Positions 42,509 to 54,059 of a stretch of DNA of 64,000 nucleotides are shown one piece after another; the first letter of the stretch is position 1; each line of letters begins with the position of its first letter. The stretch is from contig CM097882.1 in NCBI GenBank assembly GCA_044892505.1, positions 480,996,001 through 481,060,000 on the forward strand. The letters run 5' to 3'. The stretch is from Schmidtea nova (taxonomy: Eukaryota). The notes under the pieces are model-generated. The model had not been told where the DNA came from. It made no database searches and saw only the letters and a program-made list of their open reading frames with translations. The position numbers and the translations under genes are program-made.

Positions 42509-42970
42509 TTATAAATATACAATAATTTTATCGTCTATCATCAGGTTGCACATAGGACATAGGTCGCGCTTGCTGGCACATATTTTACAAAAACGAAAAT
42601 GTCCGCAAGGTAAAAACATAATTTGTATCTCCCTATCCTCACATATATAGCACTGTCGGTATTTTTTCGCTGCTTCTACCCCCTGCGCCCTCCATCGATT
42701 GTATGTTGGGGTTAATCGTTGTTCTATTTGCCTGCACTTAATGTTTAGTTCTGCATTTTCTAATCGTGCTCTGTACCATTTGTAGCGGGTCTTTATGTCG
42801 ATTTTACCTGTTCTTTCTGTTATCTTTATTAACTCATCCGTCTCTTCAGTCTGTGTTGTGGGTTCCTGAAATTCAGTCTCTCTAAATCGGTTTATTTTCT
42901 TGCCAATCGTTTCTAATGTTTCACTTTCTGTGTTGAGAAATTCTTCAATTTCTTTCAGTTTTTCCTCCAT
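42509..42970 (-). CDS. Element-encoded 153-aa protein: coiled coil plus C-terminal IAP/MDM2-type RING finger, no BIR
   Basis: CYICEDREIQIMFLPCGHFRFCKICASKRDLCPMCNLMIDDKIIVYL-stop parallels the XIAP/cIAP RING, including the terminal hydrophobic tail. Confidence 0.9.
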   Translation of the reverse strand: MEEKLKEIEEFLNTESETLETIGKKINRFRETEFQEPTTQTEETDELIKITERTGKIDIKTRYKWYRARLENAELNIKCRQIEQRLTPTYNRWRAQGVEAAKKYRQCYICEDREIQIMFLPCGHFRFCKICASKRDLCPMCNLMIDDKIIVYL

Positions 42971-43277
42971 TTACTAAATAAATAATCGTTTTAACTCTGT
43001 TATTTTTATCGTTTTAAGGTAGTAATATGTTTCGTTTTGTATCTTTTAATATTTAACTCCCCCCGTGTTTCCGAAAATTGTCGTCCCGACAAATTATCTA
43101 TGCATGCATTTTAATTTTTAAATTCACTTTTGTTCACTGCCGTGTTGTTATTTTAATTTTTATACAATAATTTAAATTTAATTATAACCTTTCTGTTTTT
43201 TATTAAATTAATTGACACGAGCATTTTAAACTTCTCTGCAGATTTTACATTTACATTTTTCCGATAAAACGAAGTTG

Positions 43278-43295
43278 ATCCCGGCTGAGCCCCCA
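43278..43295 (-). promoter_or_regulatory. Primer-binding site, tRNA-Pro type
   Basis: TGGGGGCTCAGCCGGGAT, 6 nt inside the 5' LTR; differs from the MLV tRNA-Pro PBS (TGGGGGCTCGTCCGGGAT) at two positions. Confidence 0.85.
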
Positions 43296-43769
43296 AATTT
43301 ATGCTGGGTTCATGGAGGGGTTAGATGAAAAATGCTCTAACAATGACTAGGGATCCCTCATCCATGATCATGCATAAAATTGCAATTCTACACTCAAGCG
43401 CCCTTGATTATTTCCCTATATAATCAAGTTGGTGATGCGCAGGGTGGTTAAACAATGATGGGCAGGTGAGCACTATCGCTAGTACTACTCCCCATTTATG
43501 TTTACGGGTCCATTGCTGCCGTTAGAAGGACTTACGCTTTAATCATCCCCTTAGGTATTCCGTGTTAATCTTTCAGAAAATTTATTTTTATCATTACTCA
43601 GTCTGCGAGAAGTATTTCAACGAATGCTCGCTTAATTATTTAATTATCTCTATTCGATATTTTGTAAACTAAATTTATACTTTTGTTCTATCTTTATTTA
43701 ATCATTGGTAAAGTTAATTAAATCAATTTAAATGAACGATGAGATTCTTAAGCCAATGCAACAATTTAT

Positions 43770-44366
43770 TTAATTTTTAATGAGTTCGGTAAAAACTCCC
43801 GCCGGAGGAAAAATCTCCGTCAATAATGCTTCCTCAGTCATCTGATGTAGACCATCGACTTGGATTTGTAATTGCTGGGCAAATAATTTTCTCTGTCTCC
43901 GCCGTTTCTGCCCAATGCGCTTGCGTTTCTGGTGCGCAGTCGCCGATGAAGTGGTTGAATTGGCTGGAGGAGCTGTCTCATTCCGACTTTCAATTAAATC
44001 GGTGACATCCGTTCCAATGGAGTTTACTGTCTTCTTTTCTGCCGTCCAAGCTTGGTACGTAATCGGACGGATTTGCTCTCTGAGTTCCTTCTCGATGTAT
44101 GAGGCAGTTACGGAATGGAGGCATTTTCGGAGTTCTATCTTTGTAGCCTCCCATTCCATCTGGTAATCGGCTGCAGTCTGTTGGGCGCGCTCGGTTTTAC
44201 TGATTTGCTCCTTCATTCGGGCCGGAGCAAACCAGCTTTTGCGCAAATATGCAATCTGTGCCTCTGCTTTGATCAATTGTGCCTTGAGGAGACCCAATTC
44301 CTTGTCCTGGGCTCTCCGAATCCGCCACATCTTTTCCAATTCTTTCTGCATCAAATCTGGGTTCAT
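43770..44366 (-). CDS. LTR-encoded 198-aa coiled-coil protein (5' LTR copy)
   Basis: Identical to 17109-17705. Confidence 0.6.
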   Translation of the reverse strand: MNPDLMQKELEKMWRIRRAQDKELGLLKAQLIKAEAQIAYLRKSWFAPARMKEQISKTERAQQTAADYQMEWEATKIELRKCLHSVTASYIEKELREQIRPITYQAWTAEKKTVNSIGTDVTDLIESRNETAPPANSTTSSATAHQKRKRIGQKRRRQRKLFAQQLQIQVDGLHQMTEEALLTEIFPPAGVFTELIKN

Positions 44367-44550
44367 TCTATAATTTATTTAGGATATTTACTCTATGATT
44401 AAATGATGTGAAAAATGAAACTGATTATAGGGTTATTTGGTTACGAATATGAATTATTAAAAACACAATACCAAAACTCAAAACAACATAACAAAAACAC
44501 TGCTGAATATTAATATTTAATCACAATTTGAAAGATTTGACAATCAGTTC

Positions 44551-45030
44551 TTATCTCCGAAACAGGCTATGTAATTCGCTGTTAATCGGTTTCTGACGGA
44601 GACGAGCCCAAGAGAATGAGGGTTGTCCTTTCTGGCACTCCTTGCCGAACGGTTTTCGTGGCAGGAATTCGTGTAGGCCTAGTTGGCATAGTTCCCGACG
44701 AGGGATATGCCCCCAATAAATTACACGGCTTGTCCGTCCATCGGTGTCCTTGATCAGTACGACAAGTCGGCCAAATTTGTTTGAGTACGGCCTTTGAGAA
44801 ATCGGCCAGTTCGGTCCTCCTCGATAGAGTATTTGGTCGTGCCCTCCTGTCCATATCGAGAACGGGCATTTTCGGCCAAACCCCCGTCGCCACTTATACA
44901 TTTGGCAGTTGAGGGTTCGCAATATCGATGCTGGTAGATCCTTGAGCTGCGAGATATTTTCATTCCGCAGATTCCCTTGCTCCATATTCCGTAGTTGCGT
45001 TAATTGATTTGTAAGTTCAGCTGTCGACAT
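44551..45030 (-). CDS. LTR-encoded 159-aa protein (5' LTR copy)
   Basis: Identical to 17890-18369. Confidence 0.55.
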   Translation of the reverse strand: MSTAELTNQLTQLRNMEQGNLRNENISQLKDLPASILRTLNCQMYKWRRGFGRKCPFSIWTGGHDQILYRGGPNWPISQRPYSNKFGRLVVLIKDTDGRTSRVIYWGHIPRRELCQLGLHEFLPRKPFGKECQKGQPSFSWARLRQKPINSELHSLFRR

Positions 45031-47903
45031 CTATATTACATTTATTGGATATAAAATATATGAGTTAAGGGGAAAATTCATTGATAATTTAATTATGTTG
45101 CCTATAATCACAAAGGTTATTTAAAAATAAGATTAATTTTATTTCTCTCCGCCGTGATCTACCACGGTCGGAATAAAGAGTTCATAATTAGTCCTGTGCT
45201 ATATACAGCATTCAGGAATTATCAAATTTAATCAAGATTTCCGCGCTATATACAGCGATCGGAGAATAACTTGGGAAACCGCGTCATATACGACGATCGG
45301 CCTATTTTTAGTAACTAATTTAATTTGGATTTTCCGACGCATTCCATCGCGATCGGAATTTATCGATATTACAATTTTGTAGGCGAAATGCTGATTCCGA
45401 ATGAAATCGGACTTTGGACTACGTTGGATTTTCTCATTCCAACGAAATTATTCAAATTTATTTTAGTTGTTGCTCACTGTTTTCCATGCGGGAGGTTCCC
45501 TTTCGATTCAATTTACCAAAATTTAAAGACTGAGCATGCCCTACCATGGGGTGTCCCTCCTTATCCATCCGCCCTCCGTAATCTACATATTGGGCCCTCG
45601 ACCTTCGTCCGTTGTGCAACCCAGAATTAAATAATTTGCAAATGGTCTGTATTAGACTAAAATTCAATCAAATTTTTCTAGATAAAACTTCACATCTAAG
45701 TTAAATAATAAAAAGGTTGAACCGCCATGTGAGACCCTGAGGCCCCACGACGACGACTCGGACTCCCTCGCCGCGTGAGCAGCATAGGAAGTATAGCTAT
45801 ATGCATTAAAAATAATCAATGAAAAAATAAAATAACTTTTACATATAAACTTTTAATTAAATAAAAATCATGGGTACATTAAAAAATAACAATAAAAATT
45901 ACGTTCCGTACTTGAATTCTGTTTTTTCAAAAAATTCTCGCCTCGTTAAATGAAATGTTACTTAAATCAAAGTTTAGTCTTGATTGTAAGTGAAAAGTAA
46001 AACGTCTCTGTCTGTGATTTTTGGATCGGTATTTATACTGATCCGTCTGGTTGGATTGACCAATCAGGATCAGGCCGTCCTTCAAAGTATTTTTATTATT
46101 TTAATCTAATCTAAACATTATTTTGTTTCCTTTTCCGGTTTCTCGCTGGGTGGTCCTGATTTTCTAAGTAATTAATTAATTATTTGTACTATTATTTTAT
46201 TTAATTCTATTTTTTCTTATTTCAGGCCCCCTTTTGCGGTTGTTTACCGGTTTATTTTCAAAACTTCCTTTTACTGAAAATTTATCAATTATTATTTGTC
46301 GTTTTATTGTTATTTTTAATTTGTTTTTCTTGCTATTTTTATTTTTATTATTTCTTTATTGTTTCATGCTTTTGTTCGTTTTATTGTGTTTTTAGGTGAT
46401 TTGGCGGGCCCAACAAAGTGTACTTTTTAGAAGAAACCGTTGCTTAAAATATTTCTTTATCTAACAGTTATTGAAATCCAATAGGCATTTTGATTCTTCC
46501 TTTTCTTATGTAATCAAACTAAAAATCAATAACATCTTTTACTTTTTCACCTTTGATCTTTTTATTTCAAGAATTTTCATTTTTTATAAATAAAAACTAG
46601 ATAAAATTTTTTTTGATTATACACGAATTTCCAGCAGTCATTCTCGAGTTTGTATTTCTACGCTTAAAAAAGGATTGATCTAGTCTATGTAAAAAAACAA
46701 AAATGTTCCCTTTTGATCTCTTATTTCCTATTTAAGAAATTTTTTAAAATTTAATTTAAATTTTTGATTTAGTCTATGTAACTAGTAAATCAAAAAAAAA
46801 TTCTTTTTTCAAATCCATGCTTTATGCGAGCAGAACTCCACTTGGCTGAGAAATTTTTTTTTGTTATATTTTGTAGAAGGGAAAATTATATTACATTTTT
46901 CGTGTGTCCTCAAAAAAAATTTTTAAAAAAAAATTTGTTTTCAAATTTTTTTTCAAAACATTTATTTTTATATTAAAAGTTAAATTAATTAAATAAAAAA
47001 GCAAAAAAAAGCATTAAAAAATTAAAAAAAAATTTCACTTGAGATGATTCGAACAATAATTTATATTACATTTACACGCAAAATTTCTCTGAAGACACCA
47101 ACACATTTACCTCTCGTCCATTGTTAAATGTATGGGGAAATTCAAATTGTTATTTAGTTAACTTAATTAACTTTTTTTGGTCAAATTTATCAATTTCCAT
47201 GTATTGTCACCGGAAGTGAGCAAGTGTGCAAAATTTGAAGTGAATCGGTTGAGAGAAAAGCACTAAAAATTGATTTGTAATTTTGTGGCACACACATATA
47301 TATAGAAAGCAACCTTATATAAAGCATGGAAAAATAGATGACAATCTCTGAAATAGAACTAAAAATGGTTTATGAAATTTTTATTTTTTTACTTTAATTT
47401 ATTATACATTTGACATTGCTACCCATAATTATAATTAACAAATATATCAGTTAAAATTCACCGATCAAGTATAAAAGCGACAAAATAAACAGAAGTGTAT
47501 AGCGTACTTGGTATTATCCTAGATCTATGATGTTTGGAGAGTTAACCAGCTAGATATTTTGTAAATATTTTTATTTTAAAAATAAATCGAATATTTTAAA
47601 TATTTCAATAAATTAATAAAATCATGCAAATTCTTTATAAATAGGCAAAGCCAAATTTACGAATTATTTGTAATTATTCTCAGAAAATGTTTACAGAAAT
47701 AAATGAACGTAATATTTTCAGTGTCAAATTCATCATACCAAAAAAGCTATGGGTCATCAACAGATGGGCAGTACCATTCTACGACCAGTATTCCAGTTTC
47801 TAATCAAAATTCATATTTGAAGCAGGTAATAATAATTTTTTTTAATTTTAAATATACGTTATTTATTCAACTTACACGCTATATTAAAAGAAATACTCTA
47901 GTA

Positions 47904-48219
47904 CAGCGGTCGGCAACCTATGTCACGTAAATAAAATGCCAATTTATTAAAATTTATGTTAAGAAATAGGTTATGAAAAGGTATCCCGACAACAACCTAG
48001 TATAAATATGTTAGCTTCCAAAGTTGATCCCCACAGTATTATTTAATGTTATTTCATTGATTATGTTTTGTAGTAAGATTTTTGTAACTAATTTTACTAA
48101 AACAATAAAATTATCTTCATATCAAAGACTTTTGTTATTTTTTGGTGGCACGCTTAAAGTGTACTAGTTTCAATTATCTGTCTTGTGACACACTGATGTA
48201 TTTGGGTTGCCCATTGCTG
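47904..48219. mobile_element. Non-autonomous hAT (Charlie/Buster-type) MITE
   Basis: Imperfect TIRs CAGCGGTCGGCAACCT / GGGTTGCCCATTGCTG; 8-bp TSD CTCTAGTA / CTTTAGTA. Confidence 0.7.
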
Positions 48220-49049
48220 CTTTAGTAAAATGAGATCATTTTACGAGCTTGCTTTATTACTAGTGTTGGGTTATTCTATTTGAACAATAGATCGGTTCAG
48301 ACTTGGACTCCTCATGTCTTTTTAGTTATCAAAAATCTATGAAACCCAACACAGAATAGCTTTATTTGATTATCATAATTATAATTTCTCTTTAATTCCA
48401 ATCATTACAATTTTCCAATAATTTGCACTTTCTTCCGTTTATTAATTTGATTTGCGTTAAGGCAGACAACTCAAGGGGTAATCGCTTTTTCTGGTACGTT
48501 CTATTTGAATAAAGTTTTGCTATACTTGCTTCTTACCTTCCTTAAAGTTTCTCAACTAAATATTTTGAATTGACTCTTCGACCGACTGGCCGCTCGTCTC
48601 TTCCGTTCTCTTTAAGCTCCTTGTGAGGAAGATTGAGACAATTATCTAATTATTTTAGGAATTAATTGGACAACAACAATCCAACTGTCCCATTCTTAAC
48701 GGCGCCTGGGTAGGATTTTCAATAATTATTTGGGCAATTACCAGATTTTGATCTCTTGGTTCTGTAATGCGCTCGGAGTTTTCTTCGTCTCTCGAGCTAT
48801 CCATTGAGCGATTAATTAATTTTAATTTGTTTTTTCAATATAACTTTCTCTGGGGACCCATTACTAAATTTTTATTATTATTATTGGATTCGTCTTTTGA
48901 TTTGGCGTTCAACCATACCCATTTCCATAATGAATATTGATTTTAATTTTTTCTTTTTGTACTGACACTAGTTTATTAATAAAATTGTATTTATTTCGGG
49001 ACGCAATTAGTAGTTGAAATTGTTAACAATATTATGGCAACTATCTAAG

Positions 49050-49950
49050 TTATCAACAGTTTTGTGGGCTTCTCCAAGAAGTCGATCACGATTGCTCTGA
49101 TCTTCTCTTGCACAACAAGGTACTGTGGTTATTTAAAGTACAAGTTCTGAAGAGATTTGCTGCTTGTTTTAATGAAGTAAAGACTTGGCTAAAAGAGAAA
49201 ATTGAATATTCGGAGTTATCAGATCCTGGTTGACTACAAATCTTCTTCGTGCTGAATATGACTTCTCACTTGAAAATTTAAAATAAAACAATTTCAAGGA
49301 AATTGTAATATAGCATTTTCGCTCTTTGGAAGAAGTTTCTTTCATTTAATCACAAACTATCTACGTTTGCAAGAGAAATTGGCAGCTGTAAGTTATTACA
49401 CTTCCGAGCACTAAGAGAATATATGAAAACAAGTTCCTGAAAAATATATTGAGTAAAATGGCAAGTTCATTTGCTTATCGCTTTCAAGAATTTAGTAGGG
49501 TATAGTTATTCTTTTAATTTTTCATAAAACCGACTGAACAAATATTTCCAAACTGAATTTTTCACTCTTTCATCAAATTGACCAAGCTGAATTTGAACAT
49601 GTAATAGGTAGATTTAGGAGACAAGGCATTGTGGTGTTCAAAATTTACACACCTGACACCAAGAATTTGAAAACTTTGGAATGCAGAAATCAGTCTTGTC
49701 ACTTCAATTATAAGGGTCGGAGATAATGGAGCTCAAATTATCTTTGATGTTTGGAACTGTTTACTAGGCAGCTATGTTGAGCTGAAGAAATTTGTTTTCT
49801 CTCATTTCGTGGATCGACAAAATTTTGTAAATAACTATTTTCCAATATAAATCATATAAAATGCAAACTAAGAAGCGTATTGAATGGCCCTAGCCTTCAG
49901 TCAGGCTTAAAAATGAAAACAATAGTTTATTCACCAAATACTGACAAATT
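49050..49950 (+). pseudogene. Degraded hAT (Buster/GTF2IRD2-like) transposase
   Basis: DLLLHNKVLWLFKVQVLKRF..FNEVKTWLKEK resembles DLLYHTEVRWLSRG.VL.RF; dimerisation-like LSLMFG at ~49740; many stops; TIR-like AAAAGGTTCTCGACCCC at ~50665-50682. Confidence 0.65.
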
Positions 49951-49984
49951 TCGTAAGGATATCACATTGCAGAAATCTTATTAA

Positions 49985-50500
49985 TTTTTTAACTTCCAAT
50001 TTCTGTTTGTTTTCTTGTCAAACTTTGGATCTATTTTTAACCCACTTCCCGATATCCAATCGATCTGAAAATTTGCGAGCAGACTCGTGGTGGTCCACAA
50101 ATTAGTCCATTGAAAAATTTTGAAACAATGTGATTTTTCAATTTACTGTTGACAAGAAACTACCAAACAATGAAACAACAATAAAATTATTTAACTCTTT
50201 CTTTTAACTTCCAATTTCTGTTTGTTTGTTTTCTTATCAAACTTTGGATCGATTTTTAACCCACTTCCCGATATCCAATCGATCTGAAAATTTGCGAGCA
50301 GACTCGTGGTGGCCCACAAATTATTCCATTGAAAAATTTTGAAACAATGTGATTTTTCAATTTACTGTTGACAAGAAACTACCAAACAATGAAACAACAA
50401 TAAAATTATTTAACTCTTTCTTTTAACTTCCAATTTCTGTTTGTTTGTTTTCTTATCAAACTTTGGATCGATTTTTAACCCACTTCCCGATATCCAACCG
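49985..50500. repeat. ~219-bp tandem repeat, about 2.4 copies
   Basis: Unit starts AACTTCCAAT at 49991, 50206 and 50425. Confidence 0.9.
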
Positions 50501-51049
50501 AAGTGAACATGAGAAAAAGAAAGAGTTACATTAAAGACATGTTTTTATGGGTTCCTTTTTTTATTTCTTTTCATTATTATTGTTACATTTATCTGAATTT
50601 TTTTCGTTTGCCTCTTCAATTTTTTTAACTGGATCCAAATTTAATATTTGGCTCTTTGCCATGAAAAGGTTCTCGACCCCTTCGCTAGTCTTTATAAAGT
50701 AAATGAAAATTTTTGAAATAGAAAACGATCAAAGATGAATTTGTTTGTTTGTTTTTAAAATTAAAATTGATAAAAATTTAAAGATTCAGGAGAAACTAGG
50801 AACAATGAAGGACAATTTGACATCAAAATTCAAGTCATATGAACAGCCAGGTATTTCATCCCATCAGTCAGGGAATATGTTCAGCTCAGTAAATCGAAAG
50901 GTTACGAATTCTAAAACTAATCAGAACGGCGGAGAAACTTTATCTCCGGATTTATGGAGGTAATTGAGGTTTGCTAACTGATTATTAGCAATGAATTGGT
51001 TGATATGTGATAATACTTGCGGTATTCTGTGGAGTAGGTCACATCCGTG

Positions 51050-51860
51050 GTGATCCGATTCTGTATTGTAGCAATATGTAATTATTTAATATTCGTTTTA
51101 TCATTTGGCGATGTTCAATTTGATGTTCATCCTATTGATGACAAATATCAAGTTGTTAAGGTGCTTGCGATATCCCTTGTGTTTCAGAACGACTTTCCAA
51201 AATTATATGCTCGTATTTGTAGTTGAGAATGAATCCAAATTTTCCTTTATTGCATTGTATTCTTTATAATCCAGATTCTATGCATTTGCATCATTATTAT
51301 TATAATAAATATTGGTTCTAGATAAATCAATAAGTTTCGTATTAATAATTGTGCTTGGAACCGGTTTGCAATTCACATTGGTTTTGGCACCAATGCCAAA
51401 TTCGTATGACCCTATTTTACATTAAAACGCTGCAAATGAACAAATAAAACGATAATTTAGAACACTGTTGGGCAAACTGATTTGGATACAACTCCGTTTT
51501 TGCTTATTATGATTGTCATGATTCACTATCATTTCGTCCGAAAATTCATTTTAACTTTCACGATAAACATACAAAAGTAACTTCTATAACCGCTTCTGAA
51601 GCCTTAAAAGTGCAATTTAAAAATCGGTAAGAATCTTCTGTGGTTTAATGTCCACTAAAATATTTAAAACCTTTGAAAATAGAGTTTAATACGTTATGCA
51701 TGATTTGTCAGGAAGCAATGCAAATAGCAGTGGTGGTGACTAATCATAGGCCAATCCATGAATGGTAAATAACTGAGTAAAATTATTTGGCGAAACTTTA
51801 AACGTTCGGTCCATATACCAGATATTTGAGGCCTTTAGCTCATCAATAAGTTGGTTACAA
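51050..51860 (-). pseudogene. Degraded MULE (Mutator-like) transposase
   Basis: IWYMDRTFKVSPNNFTQLFTIHG...LFALLPDKS..TY*TLF...PQKILTDF*IAL matches the MULE DDE core, with in-frame stops. Confidence 0.7.
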
Positions 51861-54059
51861 GAATTATGGGAAGTTATGTCTGAATTATCACATTTCAAAC
51901 TAATGACAGCTATGTTTTTAAAAGTAGTTATAAAAAAAGCATGAGTCTTTAAATAAAATACAGAGTTTCATAACAGAAATATTTTAATATCTCAAACCGT
52001 TTTATGAGACTTGTTTTCTCCTGTTGTTTAATTAGCGAAGGTTAGATATGATAGTATGAATAATTTATAACCAATAGCACCTGGTCAGATAGTGGAAGAG
52101 TTTTAAATGTTTAAAAAGTGATTAATTCAACCTTTCTATTTAGGAAGGGCTTTAAAATATATAGAGTGAAGAGTAACGAACACGAATAAAATAAATAAAA
52201 GTTTTAAAATTTCAAAATCAAATCTCAGAGAAGCACCTCCAATGTCAAGCACGAGACGGGTACAGCATAAATGATTATTCTTATCAATGAAAATTCGTGT
52301 CAATATGGTGAGTTGTACTGATGTGGCCCACTTTGTATGGGACAAATTTCTATACGGCCCTACGTTAAAAAATCTACCGACCTCTGATTTAGAATAATTT
52401 GGATGCCATTTATATGACTCTGAAAGATAAATATAATACAAAAATTGAATTATGATTAACTCCATCTTTCAGAAGACTATCGAAAAGACATTTAGTGAGA
52501 GTTTCGGGCAAACGCATTTTTGCAGAATGACTAATGAATATGTCAGAGAACAATGAAGAATTTTTTTGGCCACAAGAATAAAATTCGAAAAAGAAAGTTT
52601 GGTTTTAATATATTAATACAATTGTTGGTACCATTGGCGAATCATTGCTGTAATAGCCTAATAATTATTGTTTAACCAGTAGTTATTCGTCGAAAACCAA
52701 CTTGGTAATGCAACTATTGGGTAAAAAGTGATTTATAAATGTGCTCTGCGGAGCTCAAGTGCTTTATTGTAATATTATAAAGGTTTTGTGAAATTTTTGC
52801 ATTCAAAGAAATTTAATGAGTTACTCAGAATTATAATTTTTCAGTTAGAAAAAATCGTTGTACAAAATCAAAGCAAATATTTTGTCGCTTTTGAATGTTT
52901 TACACACTCGTAAGTTTCGTGAATTTAAACTGGATTAGTTTGAAGAAAGAAATTGTTGATAATATTACCTGATTTTCAGGATTTATAGAAATTGAAACAT
53001 TCTCATTCATCAATTTAGGTTAGACACCAATAAAAAGTAAAAGTTATGCGTTGTAAATAATATCTTTTATATTTTAGCTCTTTTTCAACATTAATTATCT
53101 GTAAATACATTTTTATCGTTATGACAAACATTTAACTAATTTAGTTATAAAACATCGACCAATTAAGTAGGCAGTTATGTTGAGCATGAGTCATCGCCGA
53201 ACAAAGGGAATGACGTAACCTCCCGGGTAGAAATTTTTATGACGTCATTGATGACTCATTTCAAATTTTAAGGTCAAAACTTCAAACAAGGGTATCATTT
53301 GAAAGGTCTTCGAGAGGTGCCCAAATTGGTCATACCTTTGAAGGTCTATGGTGGGTGCTTACGCCTTGTATATTATATGTCATTCGAAAGGTAATGGAGA
53401 GGTGCACACAATATACATACCTTCGAAGGTGTATGGTGGGTGCTCGACCCTTAAAGGGTGCAAAACCTTCAAATTTTTTCAAACCTTATATGTTATTATG
53501 TAAATTTTCATATTCACTCTCGCTTTCTGAGGACGAAGAAGCTTTTTCATTGTCAGAAGAGTCACTGTCACTAGCACATGTTATATTTTTGCTGTCAAGT
53601 AATTCACTTTCACTGTCTTAAAGTTCATCACTTTCGTTGTCAGAACACTCTTCGGCTATGTGATTTATGTTTTCCAATATTTTGGCGTTATTCATTCTTT
53701 TTGTCATTTTTACCAAAAATTTTAATGATAATAATAAAAAAAATCTTTAAAAATAGAATAATTATTATATGAATTCGTTTTACATACTCTTTTTTGTGTA
53801 GGTTTGATACTCATCACACATATTATTTACGATTTAATAGGTGACAGGCAGTACCAGTCATTTTGACTGGTGTTAGTATAAGTAGCCAAAGTAAAAAAAA
53901 AAATTTTATAATTAGGTAAACACAAAATAAAATTTATAATAATAAACACATATGTATCACTGGAGAAGTTGTAACATAATTCATAAAAAAATAAAAAAAA
54001 TAGTACGAATTTTAATGATAAAAAGTGAAACCAGTCATTTTGACTGGTCTTGTAGTTTT

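Larger units (their letters stand above)
16641..46415 (-). mobile_element. Giant (29,775 bp) full-length Ty3/gypsy LTR retroelement with envelope and accessory genes
   Basis: Two 3114-bp direct repeats offset by 26661 bp, TG...CA termini, 4-bp TSD AAGT (16637-16640 and 46416-46419), PBS, and PR-RT-RH-IN order in an intact ORF. Confidence 0.97.
43302..46415 (-). repeat. 5' LTR (3114 bp)
   Basis: Near-identical to 16641-19754; one substitution noticed (T16776 vs G43437). Confidence 0.97.

Noticed and set aside
48290-48960. GC-richer patch possibly from a LINE ORF1 or gag relic
   Set aside because: No diagnostic motif recovered in any frame.
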